64,000 nucleotides of DNA. It comes from an uncultured Calditrichaceae bacterium. GTDB taxonomy: Bacteria; Calditrichota; Calditrichia; RBG-13-44-9. Positions 28,132 to 38,230 of the stretch are shown here, piece by piece. The stretch's first letter is position 1; each line of letters starts with the position of its first letter. The position numbers were made by a program, and so were the translations under genes. The notes under the pieces were generated by a model that worked only from the letters and a program-made list of their open reading frames with translations, was not told where the DNA came from and made no database searches. The DNA is taken from the NCBI GenBank assembly GCA_964495805.1, contig CAZBWV010000035.1:5924-69923 (forward strand), in the 5' to 3' direction.

Positions 28132-28902
28132 GTGATTAGCGGTTTACTGATTGACATTGATGGCGTCCTGATAACCAACGACCGGCCGATTCCCGGAGCA
28201 GTGGACGCCATTCGTTTTTTAAAGGAGCGCCGCGTTCCCTTTCTGCTGGTAACCAACACCACCCGGAAAAACCGACAAATCATCTGGCATCATCTCAAAC
28301 GACAGGGATTCGTAATAGAAGAAAACGCTATTTACACAGCGCCCATGGCTGCCGTGCAGTTTTTAAAATCCCGTCGAGTGTCACGCATTCATCTGCTTCT
28401 CACCGGAAGTACCATCCATGAATTTCATGATTTTAAAGTGACAGCAGGCAATCCCGAATATGTGATTATTGGCGATCTGGGAAAGGATCTTACATTCGAT
28501 CGACTGAATCGGGCGTTTCGCATGGTGATGAAAGGTGCCCGGATGTTAGCCCTGCAAAAAAATCGTTACTGGGAAACAGCCGGAGGACTCACTATTGATG
28601 CCGGAGCAATTGTGGCTGCACTGGAATACGCCACCGGAAAGCGAGCGGTAGTAGTGGGAAAACCAAGAAAGGAATTTTTTCTGCAAGCGGTGCAAATGTT
28701 AGGCGCTTCTCCTGACGAGGTGGTGATGATTGGGGATGATGTGGAAGTGGATGTGGGAGGCGCTCAGAAATCCGGGTTAAAAGGAGTTCTGGTCAAAACC
28801 GGTAAATTTCGTCAAAACATTCTGGACAGAAGCAACATCCAGCCAGATCTGGTGCTGGAATCCATTGCCCAACTTCCTCAAATTTTCGAAAAATTTCATT
28901 AA
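28132..28902 (+). CDS. HAD-IIA family hydrolase (NagD-like)
   Basis: LLIDIDGVLI, the LVTNTTRKN motif and the C-terminal cap MIGDDVEVDVGGAQKSG. Confidence 0.75.
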   Translation: MISGLLIDIDGVLITNDRPIPGAVDAIRFLKERRVPFLLVTNTTRKNRQIIWHHLKRQGFVIEENAIYTAPMAAVQFLKSRRVSRIHLLLTGSTIHEFHDFKVTAGNPEYVIIGDLGKDLTFDRLNRAFRMVMKGARMLALQKNRYWETAGGLTIDAGAIVAALEYATGKRAVVVGKPRKEFFLQAVQMLGASPDEVVMIGDDVEVDVGGAQKSGLKGVLVKTGKFRQNILDRSNIQPDLVLESIAQLPQIFEKFH

Positions 28903-28932
28903 ACCATTAATTATTTCCTGACGGGTAGTTCA

Positions 28933-29565
28933 ATGCGCGTTTCCTATCTGATTACATTATTATTCCTGTTTTTGCTTTTGGCGGAATGTCAGCGAACCCC
29001 CCAATATTCTCCGGAACAACAGAAAATTGTCCAGGCTATTCTGAAGATACGAGCGGAGAAAGATAGCGCCTTCGCTGCGGCGGATTGGTCTCCCCTGTTG
29101 CCTGAAGATAAGGCTCATTTTAAAGGACTGAAATACTATCCCATCGATCTCTCCCTGCGGTTTGAGGGACCTATTGTAAAATACGACACGCTTATTCCCG
29201 ATACCATTATGGGAACCCGGGGCGATTTACGACCGGCAGTTAAATATGGTTACTTCCCGTTTACCTACCAGGGGAAAGAGTACCGCTTGCAAATCTATCA
29301 AATCAAACATAAGAATCCGGAATACGACAAATATTTGTTTTTGGGATTTACCGACGCTACCACCGGAAAGGAAACATACGGAGCCGGTCGGTATATCGAC
29401 CTGGAGATCAACCCTCAGAACAGGTACGTGGTGGATTTCAATCTGGCCTACAATCCCTATTGTGCTTATAACCCCCGTTATACCTGTGCCATTCCTCCGG
29501 AGGAAAACCGACTTCCCTTTCCCGTTCGGGCAGGAGAAAAAATATTTAAAGAACACCACAAGTAG
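28933..29565 (+). CDS. DUF1684-family secreted protein
   Basis: A signal peptide, GAGRYID and the conserved C-terminal PYCAYNPRYTCAIPP. Confidence 0.6.
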   Translation: MRVSYLITLLFLFLLLAECQRTPQYSPEQQKIVQAILKIRAEKDSAFAAADWSPLLPEDKAHFKGLKYYPIDLSLRFEGPIVKYDTLIPDTIMGTRGDLRPAVKYGYFPFTYQGKEYRLQIYQIKHKNPEYDKYLFLGFTDATTGKETYGAGRYIDLEINPQNRYVVDFNLAYNPYCAYNPRYTCAIPPEENRLPFPVRAGEKIFKEHHK

Positions 29566-29867
29566 TTTGGTCTTCAGAAACAAATCGGGCATATAAAAAA
29601 GGCAGGCCCACATTCCCTGTGGTACCTGCCTCTAATTGATGGAGGTAAATATGAGGTACTTTCGTAGGTATTAGACTACAAAACCTGTGCCAAAGTTTCA
29701 TATATTTTTATTTTTTTGTTACTGATTGATTATTCAGAAGTTACAATGTCTCCCGTCTAAGCATTTGAAGGAATCTTTAATGAAAACAGGTCTCATGTGT
29801 TTAAAATTTAATAAAACTGTTTTAATTTTTGATAATAAACCCCACTGACAACAAAACTAAGCATCCG

Positions 29868-30383
29868 ATGGAATTATTCTGGAGCACATTTAACAGTCCG
29901 GTTGGTCTTATTTATCTGGTTGCTACCCGGGATGCATTGGTTCGGCTGCAGTTTGGAGCCCTGGGGGATGAAAACGATTTCCCTTTCCCGGTGGAGGCAC
30001 AGGGACGGGTTAATTCCGTACTCAAACAGGCCATTCATCAATTAGCAGAATATTTCTCCGGGGATCGGCAGAAGTTTGACCTGCCTCTGCAGCTTAAGGG
30101 TACTCCTTTCCAAAGGAGGGTTTGGTTGGCCCTTCGCGAAATTCCTTATGGTAGATTGTGGAGTTACAGTCACCTGGCGAAACGAATCGGGCAACCCGGA
30201 GCAGTGCGAGCAGTTGGCAATGCCAATGGGCGTAACCCGCTACCAATTATCATCCCCTGCCATCGGGTGATTCGGAAGAACGGCAAGTTGGGAGGATACA
30301 GCTCCGGGCTTGAGATTAAACGAATGCTTCTGAAAATTGAGGGCGTGGATGTTTCCCGATTGACAGACTTTTTAATGGATTAG
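29868..30383 (+). CDS. ogt: methylated-DNA--protein-cysteine methyltransferase
   Basis: TPFQRRVW...IPYG, then PCHRV at the active-site Cys. Confidence 0.8.
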   Translation: MELFWSTFNSPVGLIYLVATRDALVRLQFGALGDENDFPFPVEAQGRVNSVLKQAIHQLAEYFSGDRQKFDLPLQLKGTPFQRRVWLALREIPYGRLWSYSHLAKRIGQPGAVRAVGNANGRNPLPIIIPCHRVIRKNGKLGGYSSGLEIKRMLLKIEGVDVSRLTDFLMD

Positions 30384-30387
30384 CCAA

Positions 30388-31584
30388 TCAGGTTTTTAAC
30401 TTCAGGATGATGCGGAAAGTAGTACCCACCCCAATCTGACTCTCTTTCACCTGAATACTTCCCCCGTGATATTCTTCCACAATGCGTTTGGCCAGGCTGA
30501 GTCCCAGGCCCCATCCGCGCTTTTTGGTGCTGAATCCCGGATTGAACACATGTTTTCGGTCGCGGGAGGGGATGCCTTTTCCCGTATCGGAAACATCGAT
30601 AAAGATGGCATCCGGTCGCAAAAAATCTGCCCGTATGGAGATGGTACCTTCTTTACCATTGATGGCGTCAATGGCATTTTTAATCAAATTTTCCAGCACC
30701 CAGCTGAACAAATCCCGGTTCAACCGCAGCAATGGGATGTCCGGATTCAGGTGTGTTTCCAGCTTAATGGATTGTTTGGTGCGCGGGATGCGCCGCTCGA
30801 AATATTCCAGTAAATCGTTAATAATTTGCTGAAGCGATTCTTCTCGTAGATCAGGTCGCGAACCAATTTGTGAGAAGCGATTGGCAATTTTTTGTAAGCG
30901 TTTCAGGTCGCGCTCAATCTCGGGTAAAACGGATGGAGCCCGTTCCGGTGACGATTTGATATATTCCACCCAGCCAATCAGGGAGGAAAGCGGTGTTCCT
31001 AACTGATGGGCGGTCTCTTTAGCCATCCCGACCCAGATAAGCCGTTCCTCACTCTTTTTAATGGAGCTGAATCCCAGATAGCCGATCAGGATAAACAGTG
31101 CCACCACTATAATTTCGATAAAAGGCAACCAGCGCAGTTTGCGGATAATGGGCAATTCCCCATAATGATAGTAACCCAGTACCGTACCCCGATAAGAGAT
31201 AGGGATGGGTTCATTCATCTCATCAAATTCCCGAATGAGTTTTTTCAGGATGCGTAAGGTGTCCGGAGAAAGTGGACGCGGTAGGGTGTCCGGTAAACTG
31301 ATGTTTCGCCAGAAAGCAGGTTCTCCTTGAGCGTCGGTGTAAATAATCGGGTAGTCTGCTTGCTGGATCACTTCGTTGAAGAAAAAACTTAGGTCCTGAT
31401 CGGCTTCGGCGTTGATGTTCTTTTCGAATATTTTGATTCGAAACTGCAAAAACTCCCGGCTTTGTTGCTGGAGCTCTTTCACTAACAGCTGAGTGTAGTA
31501 CAGAAAGCCAAAAACCAGTGCCACGGCGAGAATGAATAAAAAGCTCTTGAAATTTCCTTTAAATCGATAGATATTTTTAGACAT
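30388..31584 (-). CDS. sensor histidine kinase (2 TM, HisKA + HATPase_c); I see no adjacent response regulator
   Basis: H-box AHQLGTPLSSLIGWVEY, N-box LIKNAIDA, and G-boxes DTGKGIP and GWGLGLSLAKRIV. Confidence 0.8.
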   Translation of the reverse strand: MSKNIYRFKGNFKSFLFILAVALVFGFLYYTQLLVKELQQQSREFLQFRIKIFEKNINAEADQDLSFFFNEVIQQADYPIIYTDAQGEPAFWRNISLPDTLPRPLSPDTLRILKKLIREFDEMNEPIPISYRGTVLGYYHYGELPIIRKLRWLPFIEIIVVALFILIGYLGFSSIKKSEERLIWVGMAKETAHQLGTPLSSLIGWVEYIKSSPERAPSVLPEIERDLKRLQKIANRFSQIGSRPDLREESLQQIINDLLEYFERRIPRTKQSIKLETHLNPDIPLLRLNRDLFSWVLENLIKNAIDAINGKEGTISIRADFLRPDAIFIDVSDTGKGIPSRDRKHVFNPGFSTKKRGWGLGLSLAKRIVEEYHGGSIQVKESQIGVGTTFRIILKLKT

Positions 31585-31682
31585 ACGATTCTCCGTCAGA
31601 CCGTGCTCTAAAAGATATAAGCTACCGGCGGAATTTACAAGGGGCGATACATGTTCAACAGAAAAACGAAAGGGATAATGCG

Positions 31683-32180
31683 GTGAGTATGGAAAAGAAA
31701 TATTTGAGCTGGGATGAATATTTTATGGGAATTGCCATTTTTACCTCCCTGCGTTCCAAGGATCCCAGCAGCAAAGTGGGAGCAGTAATTGTAAACCAGA
31801 AAAATCATATTGTGGGAACCGGATACAACGGCTTCGTGGCCGGGGTGGATGAGTCGCTATTCAGCTGGGAGCGGGAAGGGGAATGGCTGGAGACCAAATA
31901 CCCTTATGTGGTTCATGCAGAAGCCAATGCCATTCTGAATTCCACCACCAGCAATCTGGAAGGTTGCCGGATCTATACCACCCTGTTCCCCTGTAATGAA
32001 TGTGCCAAGCAGATTGCTCAGAAGGGAATCAAGGAGGTGATCTACGTTTCGGACAAACACCGGGATCAGGATTTCCATCAGGCGGCACTGAAGATTTTCC
32101 AGGCCGCCGGGGTGAAAACCCGAAAATTGGAAATCCCGCCGTTAATGGATATCTTGAGCAATTTCCTGAAGTTCTTATAA
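31683..32180 (+). CDS. dCMP deaminase (ComEB-like)
   Basis: HAEANAI and PCNECAKQIAQKGIKEVIY, the zinc-binding cytidine/deoxycytidylate deaminase motifs. Confidence 0.8.
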   Translation: MSMEKKYLSWDEYFMGIAIFTSLRSKDPSSKVGAVIVNQKNHIVGTGYNGFVAGVDESLFSWEREGEWLETKYPYVVHAEANAILNSTTSNLEGCRIYTTLFPCNECAKQIAQKGIKEVIYVSDKHRDQDFHQAALKIFQAAGVKTRKLEIPPLMDILSNFLKFL

Positions 32181-32313
32181 TGATTTGATTTTTCCATATT
32201 CCATCTGTTGTTTAATTGGTTGTCTTTTCATATATTTTATCTGGATTGGTGAGGTTGAATAAAACGATTCTTGTTAAGAAAAAGGTTCGAACATAGCAGA
32301 TGGAGGTACGACC

Positions 32314-33555
32314 ATGAAGGGATTTCGGTTTAATTACAGGGATTTGTTCCGGGCTCCCAGAGTTGCTTTCAGCATGCAACGCATCTGGGTAAGTGGAATT
32401 GGACTTCTGGCTGGTTATCTGATTTATCTGGTGGTCACCTATCTGGCAATGGCAGTGGGTGGTGTGTCGCTTTCCAGTGTCTGGTTCCGCCATGGACTTC
32501 TTCCCTGTGCGTTTGCGGAAGCGCTGCCCTGGTATGCCATGTTGATTTACTGGATTGGGGTGTTGCTTTTTCTGGCAGTTATCCTCCTGACCAACACGGC
32601 GGTCTCCCGGGTGGTGTACATGGTGCTGCGGGATGAACTATTTTACACCTGGACGCAGGCATACCGTTTTGCACTGAAGAAATGGATCTCTGTGCTGGGA
32701 GCCATGCTTACCTTCCTGTTTATGATAGCCTTTTTTGTGATTGGTGCGCTGATCATGGGCTATCTGGGTCGAATTCCTTATATTGGCGAAATTGGTACCA
32801 CCCTGTTAACTCTTCCCTACATCTTTGCTGCTCTGCTTCTCCTCTTTATCTCCGTTGTATTTGTCGTGGGACTTTTCTTCGTCCCTGCTATTATTGCAAC
32901 TTCGGACGAAGACGCCCTGGGCGGTGTGTTCCAGTCGTTTAGCATCACCTTCAACCAGCCCTGGCGGCTGATTGTGTACTCGCTGATAATTGGTGTGCTA
33001 AAGTCGGTAGGTGTGTTTCTGTTTGCTGCCGCACTGAAAATTTCCTACCGTATTTTTATTGCGTTGTTTACAGTGGGAATGGGAGAAAAACTGGTACAGA
33101 TTAAGGAGTATGCTCTTGCTCTGGTGGATAGGGCATTCCCCTCCATGTACGGATTTTTCCAGGCATTGCCTATGGGATTGGGGAACTATGTGTATTTAAC
33201 CCATTCTCACGCATTGCAAAACCTACCCGGGACGTACGTGATTTCCGGATATATCTTTGCTTTCTTCTTGATTCTGTTGGCAGGCACGGTGGTGGCGTAT
33301 GGAGCAGCGATCGGTAATGCCGGGTTGACCATCATTTATGTGATTTTGTACAAACTGCATGAGGATGAAAACCTGCTGGAACGGGAAGACGAGGAATTAA
33401 AAGAAGAAGAAGAGGAGGAAGAAGAATCAAAAGAAGAGGAAGAAGAACAGGAGGAGGAGCTGGAAGAAGACGAAAGTTCCCGGGAAGAAGATGAATCCGG
33501 GGAAGAATCATCGAAGACTGATTCAGATCAGGAAAATGAGGAGGAAGAAAAATAA
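32314..33555 (+). CDS. polytopic membrane protein with a C-terminal poly-acidic tail of about 60 aa
   Basis: About 9 predicted TM helices, then EDEELKEEEEEEEESKEEEEEQEEELEEDESS..., encoded by a GAA/GAG-rich tract. Confidence 0.55.
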   Translation: MKGFRFNYRDLFRAPRVAFSMQRIWVSGIGLLAGYLIYLVVTYLAMAVGGVSLSSVWFRHGLLPCAFAEALPWYAMLIYWIGVLLFLAVILLTNTAVSRVVYMVLRDELFYTWTQAYRFALKKWISVLGAMLTFLFMIAFFVIGALIMGYLGRIPYIGEIGTTLLTLPYIFAALLLLFISVVFVVGLFFVPAIIATSDEDALGGVFQSFSITFNQPWRLIVYSLIIGVLKSVGVFLFAAALKISYRIFIALFTVGMGEKLVQIKEYALALVDRAFPSMYGFFQALPMGLGNYVYLTHSHALQNLPGTYVISGYIFAFFLILLAGTVVAYGAAIGNAGLTIIYVILYKLHEDENLLEREDEELKEEEEEEEESKEEEEEQEEELEEDESSREEDESGEESSKTDSDQENEEEEK

Positions 33556-33617
33556 AATATGAATTCTTTTTCCGGAATGTGAAGCGGTAATTAGTTAGAG
33601 AGCCATATTTTAAAGAA

Positions 33618-33660
33618 GAGGCAATTGGTGTCGAAGACCGGTTGCCTCTTTTTTATTCTT
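33618..33660. terminator. bidirectional rho-independent terminator between convergent genes
   Basis: GAGGCAA-N17-TTGCCTC hairpin followed by TTTTTTATTCTTT. Confidence 0.5.
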
Positions 33661-33695
33661 TGGATAAATGGTTTTTTGGAATGAATCCACCGTTT

Positions 33696-35198
33696 TTAAA
33701 GCCTGGAGAACAGAAGTTTCAGAATTTCCCGGGGTTTCGGCTTCCGTCCGTACATTAAACTACCGATTTTGAATAACTTGCCGGCGAATAGAGTCCCCAC
33801 GATGATGGAACCCAGCATAATGCCCGCGGAAATGTAGTAATCAATAGTGGGTGGGTTTCCCATGGGTGTGCGGAGAATCATAAATGTGGGGGTGAGCGGA
33901 GGAATGAAGGAGAGAATCCGCACAACCAGTGAATTGGGGCTTTCCAGCACCAGTACTGCCAGTACAATGGGGAAGATGGACAGCAGACGCATAAACTGAT
34001 TCAGGTGATGCGCATCCTCTTCGCTGGAGAACAGGGAACCAATTCCCACAAACACGGTGGCAAAGAACAGGTAACCCAGTACGAAGTAGAGCAGGAAGAG
34101 TCCGGCGTTTTGCCAGGTGAGAAAAGAGATTTCCCCGGTTTTCAGGACCTGAAGCCCAATTAAAATCAGGGTCAGACCATACCAGATAAGTATCTGGAAA
34201 ATGCCCAGTAGACCCAGTCCCAGAATTTTACCTGCAACCAGCTGGGTGTGATGCACGGAAGAGAGCAGGATTTCGATAACCCGGTTGGTTTTTTCCTTTA
34301 GCACACCGCTAAACAGAAAACCACTGGAGGTAAAGATGCTGATGAACAGAAACAATACCACGATGATAGGACCGATATAGGTAACCATAAAATCGAATTC
34401 CTGTTTTTGCTCTCCCTGAAGCTGAATTTCCTTTAGTGTAACCGGTTTTAACAGCTCCTGAATTTTGGCTACCCGGAGCCCCTCCTGGCGCATTCGTTCT
34501 TCCACCATCACAATCTGGACAGCTTGTTTGATGGAGCCCATTTGCAGAAAGCTTGCGGGAAGCAGGGAGTGGAATTCCACCACACCGCTGGCAAATTCCT
34601 CCGGGTCGATGAGCAAATATCCTTCTATGGTCTGGCTGCGGAGCAGGTTATCCGCATTGCGAATAATTTCCATGTGCCAGAGGGAATCCAGTTCGGCACG
34701 GGCTTTCTGGTAATCCAGTTGAGCCAGATCGCGTGCTTCGCGCGTGGCCGAGAGCTGTTCGTAGGTCTGACGAAGCAGTTTTTCCCGTTTGCGTGTGCGT
34801 GGTTTCTGAAAAATGTATTTCCGACGCTCTTTGATTTTATTATAAGCATCCTGTAGGCTGTCCAGTTCGTGTTTCATCTGTGCAATGCGCAAAAACCGTT
34901 CCTTCATTGCCTGCGATGTATCCGTACGGATAGGTAAAATGCGCAGGGGAATATCGCTTGGTTTCTCACTATTAAGCGTCTCGAATCGTTGTTGAATTTT
35001 CTGGCAAATGGTGGTGGAATCCAGTTCCACGCAACCGATAAGGCGCGGCTGGTTGGCGTTCGGATTTTCCAGGAATAGAGTGGGAAAAAGAACCATCAGT
35101 GCAAAAAGCAACGGCGATACAAATGTGGCCAGAATAAAACTGCGTGATTTAAAATGGCGCCAGAATTCCCATTGTGCAATAATGAACAGTGCTTTCAT
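33696..35198 (-). CDS. ABC-2 type transporter permease with an internal coiled-coil insert
   Basis: N-terminus IAQWEFWRHFKSRSFI, typical of an ABC-2/NatB-like permease, and six C-terminal TM helices. Confidence 0.7.
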   Translation of the reverse strand: MKALFIIAQWEFWRHFKSRSFILATFVSPLLFALMVLFPTLFLENPNANQPRLIGCVELDSTTICQKIQQRFETLNSEKPSDIPLRILPIRTDTSQAMKERFLRIAQMKHELDSLQDAYNKIKERRKYIFQKPRTRKREKLLRQTYEQLSATREARDLAQLDYQKARAELDSLWHMEIIRNADNLLRSQTIEGYLLIDPEEFASGVVEFHSLLPASFLQMGSIKQAVQIVMVEERMRQEGLRVAKIQELLKPVTLKEIQLQGEQKQEFDFMVTYIGPIIVVLFLFISIFTSSGFLFSGVLKEKTNRVIEILLSSVHHTQLVAGKILGLGLLGIFQILIWYGLTLILIGLQVLKTGEISFLTWQNAGLFLLYFVLGYLFFATVFVGIGSLFSSEEDAHHLNQFMRLLSIFPIVLAVLVLESPNSLVVRILSFIPPLTPTFMILRTPMGNPPTIDYYISAGIMLGSIIVGTLFAGKLFKIGSLMYGRKPKPREILKLLFSRL

Positions 35199-35207
35199 AA
35201 GTCCGAC

Positions 35208-36104
35208 CTACTGTGCATGTTGAATGGTTTCCAGAAAAATATCGTTTAGACCAGGTTCGTACAGCTCCAGCCGGGAGATTTCGAATCGGTTAACAATTTC
35301 GCGAAGGACCTCTTTAATGGGTGCATTTTCTTCCACGTAAAGATGAGCGCGCCCATTTTCCACTATCACTTTTTTCAGATGAGGCAGTTCCCGAATAGCG
35401 GAAAGGTCGTCGGGAGATTCCACGATAATTAATTTCTTTTGAAATTTTTTCCGGAGCTGGGCAAGTGTACCCTGAAGTACGGTTTCTCCGTGATGGATGA
35501 GCAGGAAATAATCGCACAAATCTTCTGCCTCATTTAATTGATGAGTGGAAAGAAGAACCGCTTTCCCTTCCTTTCGAAATTGCCGGATTTTTTCGCGTAC
35601 CAGTTTCTGGTTCAGGGGGTCGAGGCCACGAAAAGGTTCATCCAGAATCACCAATTCAGGATTGTGAATGGTGGCGATGATAAATTGGAGTTTTTGCTGC
35701 ATGCCTTTGGAGAGTTGATGAACCGGTGATTCCACATAATCCACCAGATTCATTCGGTCCAGTTGTCGAATAGCTTCTACCCGACTTTTATTACCGGGCA
35801 TATTTTTAAGTCGGGCCATGTAAGTCAGCACGTCGATTACCCGGTATTTCTGATAAATTCCCCTTTCTTCCGGCAGATAACCGATTCGGTAACGAATTTT
35901 TCGGTTGATTTTTTTGCCGTCGAAAGTAATTTGCCCTTTATCCGGTCGCAAAATATCCAGAATCATGCGCAGGGTAGTGGTTTTACCGGCTCCATTGGGA
36001 CCCAGCAATCCCACCACCTGGCCGGGCTCTACCGTTAACGATAGTTCTTTGACCACCGGTGAATCCAGAAACGATTTGGAGACTTCATGTAGTTCCAGTT
36101 TCAT
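35208..36104 (-). CDS. ABC transporter ATP-binding protein
   Basis: Walker A GLLGPNGAGKTT, signature LSKGMQQKL, and Walker B LVILDEPF. Confidence 0.85.
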   Translation of the reverse strand: MKLELHEVSKSFLDSPVVKELSLTVEPGQVVGLLGPNGAGKTTTLRMILDILRPDKGQITFDGKKINRKIRYRIGYLPEERGIYQKYRVIDVLTYMARLKNMPGNKSRVEAIRQLDRMNLVDYVESPVHQLSKGMQQKLQFIIATIHNPELVILDEPFRGLDPLNQKLVREKIRQFRKEGKAVLLSTHQLNEAEDLCDYFLLIHHGETVLQGTLAQLRKKFQKKLIIVESPDDLSAIRELPHLKKVIVENGRAHLYVEENAPIKEVLREIVNRFEISRLELYEPGLNDIFLETIQHAQ

Positions 36105-36135
36105 GCCTGCCGTCCTTTTTCCAATCTCTCGTGAA

Positions 36136-36759
36136 TCAGGGTAGAAATTTAATTTGACCGGCTGTGCGATGAATCAGGTCATTTTTAAATCCCGTTAGCT
36201 GGGAAGGAAGCAAACGAATGTGAGCGATCATTCCCTCGGGTGTGGCATCTTCCCGGATTTTGGCTCGGTATTGATGGACCAGGTGCTGAACCCGGTTGAT
36301 CTGAGAAAATGGATAAGCCACACGAAGATTGACCTCCCGAAAATGTTGGATGATGGGAGCCACCCGGATGGTTTCATGCGCTGCCTCGGAATAGGCGCGG
36401 ATGAGTCCTCCGGTACCCAGTTTGGTTCCCCCGAAGTAGCGGGTTACGACCAGTGCCACTCGTTGCAACGGGTGCTTATCTATTACCGAAAGGATTGGTC
36501 TGCCAGCCGTTCCGGAGGGTTCGCCATCATCGGAGTAGCGGAATGTTTGTTCATCAATTCGATAAGCAAAGCAATTGTGGGTTGCGTCGTGGAATTCCTT
36601 TCGGATGGTTTCCAGGAATGCTTCGGCTTCCTGGCGGTTGGCAACAGGCGAAATGGTGCCAATAAACACGGAACCTTTCACTTTTATTTCCGCTCGTGCA
36701 GGCCGGGCAACTGTCCAGTAAAAATCATCCGAACGATGTTCAGCTTCTGCTTTTTTCAT
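36136..36759 (-). CDS. yigZ: YigZ/IMPACT-family protein
   Basis: KGSVFIGTISP...ATHNCFAYRI...DDGEPSGTAGRPIL...TRYFGGTKLGTGGL. Confidence 0.75.
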   Translation of the reverse strand: MKKAEAEHRSDDFYWTVARPARAEIKVKGSVFIGTISPVANRQEAEAFLETIRKEFHDATHNCFAYRIDEQTFRYSDDGEPSGTAGRPILSVIDKHPLQRVALVVTRYFGGTKLGTGGLIRAYSEAAHETIRVAPIIQHFREVNLRVAYPFSQINRVQHLVHQYRAKIREDATPEGMIAHIRLLPSQLTGFKNDLIHRTAGQIKFLP

Positions 36760-36830
36760 CGCTCGAATTTACGTAGTTCTGGTAATTCTGTCAAGTCCTT
36801 CTGCGGTCGTAGCGATGAAGTTATATGGCT

Positions 36831-37655
36831 TTAATCTTTGTAAAAGGCGTCCAGTTGAGTTCCACAATACTTGCAATAGCGGGCATCTGCATCGTGTCCA
36901 GATGCTCCGCAGCCGGGGCATTTCCGGGTTTGTTTGTCCGCCCGGGCTACCTCCACCGTAACAATGCCCGTGGGTACCGCAATGATGCTGTAGCCTAAAA
37001 TCATCACCAGTGAGGAGAGTGCCTGTCCTAATGGTGTCCGGGGAGAAATGTCTCCGTATCCCACCGTGGTTAGCGTAACAATTGCCCAATATATGCTGCG
37101 GGGGATGCTGGTGAAACCGTTCTCTTCCCCTTCGATGATGTACATCATCGAACCCAGGATCACCACCAGCGTGAGCACGGTAAACAAAAAAACGGTGATT
37201 TTTCGGCGGCTGGCGCGCAGCGCCTGCATTAGTAAGCGCGCCTCACCCAGATATTGTACCAGTTTTAACACCCGGAAAATACGCAGAACCCGTAGCACGC
37301 GAATGACTGCCAGATAGTGACTGCCCGGAAAAATTAAACTAACGTAGGTGGGTAAAATGGCCAGTAAATCCACCACACCGAAAAAGCTGGTGGCATATTT
37401 CAGCGGTCGTTCCACACAGTACAGGCGGGCCAGATATTCGATGGTGAAGAGAATGGTAAAAATCCATTCCAGAAGGGTAAAAAGGGCATCCAGGCGCATG
37501 TGGAAACGGTTTACGCTGTCCAGCATTACCACTACCACGCTGAGTAGAATTACCGCAATCAAAGCAACATCGAATGCTTTGCCTGCCGGGGTATCCGCCT
37601 CAAAAATGATGATTCGCAATCGCTGACGAAATGATGACCGGTATGTGGAATGCAT
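36831..37655 (-). CDS. voltage-gated-type K+ channel with a C-terminal zinc ribbon
   Basis: The selectivity filter [12 protein letters not shown], an S4-like segment [14 protein letters not shown], and a C-terminal CPGCG...CKYCG. The start was moved to ATG 37655. Confidence 0.75.
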   Translation of the reverse strand: MHSTYRSSFRQRLRIIIFEADTPAGKAFDVALIAVILLSVVVVMLDSVNRFHMRLDALFTLLEWIFTILFTIEYLARLYCVERPLKYATSFFGVVDLLAILPTYVSLIFPGSHYLAVIRVLRVLRIFRVLKLVQYLGEARLLMQALRASRRKITVFLFTVLTLVVILGSMMYIIEGEENGFTSIPRSIYWAIVTLTTVGYGDISPRTPLGQALSSLVMILGYSIIAVPTGIVTVEVARADKQTRKCPGCGASGHDADARYCKYCGTQLDAFYKD

Positions 37656-37873
37656 GAGTTCGCCCGGATTTAAATTTCCGCTTAAAAATACGAACAATTC
37701 ATCGGTAATTAAAATTTTTTTGAAAATAAAATAAATTCGTTTGGAATGGGCGGAAAAAGGTGTTATACTGCTCCCGCTTTTGAGACCTTCCTTCCTATCT
37801 GGAACAATCCTCAAGGTGGAATTTCTTAAAAGGGTTAAACAAATTTATTTTATTTTAATGTAGGAGTCGTAAT

Positions 37874-38086
37874 ATGTCAGATCGAGTAAGTGGTGTCGTA
37901 AAGTGGTTTAACGACAGCAAAGGTTATGGGTTCATCTCGCGCAGTGATGGCGAGGATGTGTTTGTACACTATAGTTCCATCCGCGAAAATGGCGGTTTCC
38001 GCAGCCTGGAAGAGGGCCAGGAAGTGGAATTCACCATTGGCCAGGGGAGCAAAGGCCTCCAGGCGCAGGACGTGGTGGTTCTGTAA
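37874..38086 (+). CDS. cspA: cold-shock protein
   Basis: [15 protein letters not shown] and VFVHYSSI, the RNP1/RNP2 motifs. The leader is long and AT-rich. Confidence 0.9.
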   Translation: MSDRVSGVVKWFNDSKGYGFISRSDGEDVFVHYSSIRENGGFRSLEEGQEVEFTIGQGSKGLQAQDVVVL

Positions 38087-38168
38087 AAGAACCCATGGTA
38101 GAGGGTGTTCGAGTAATTTGAAATTTTTTTTCTAACTACCAGAACAAAACGTTTCTCTGAAAATAAAA

Positions 38169-38201
38169 GGGCGGTACCAGCAGGTGCCGCCCTTTGTTTA
38201 T
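38169..38201. terminator. strong bidirectional rho-independent terminator
   Basis: GGGCGGTACC-AGCA-GGTGCCGCCC is a 10-bp stem, followed by TTTGTTTAT. Confidence 0.6.
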
Positions 38202-38230
38202 AGAATTGTGTTCCCCTGTGTTTCTCTTGT

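Noticed and set aside
29597-29640. AGGCAGG-N18-CCTGCCT hairpin downstream of the DUF1684 gene, as a possible terminator or ncRNA
   Set aside because: No U-tract follows it, and no conserved riboswitch or ncRNA features are recognisable. It may be a weak terminator, but the evidence is insufficient to call it.
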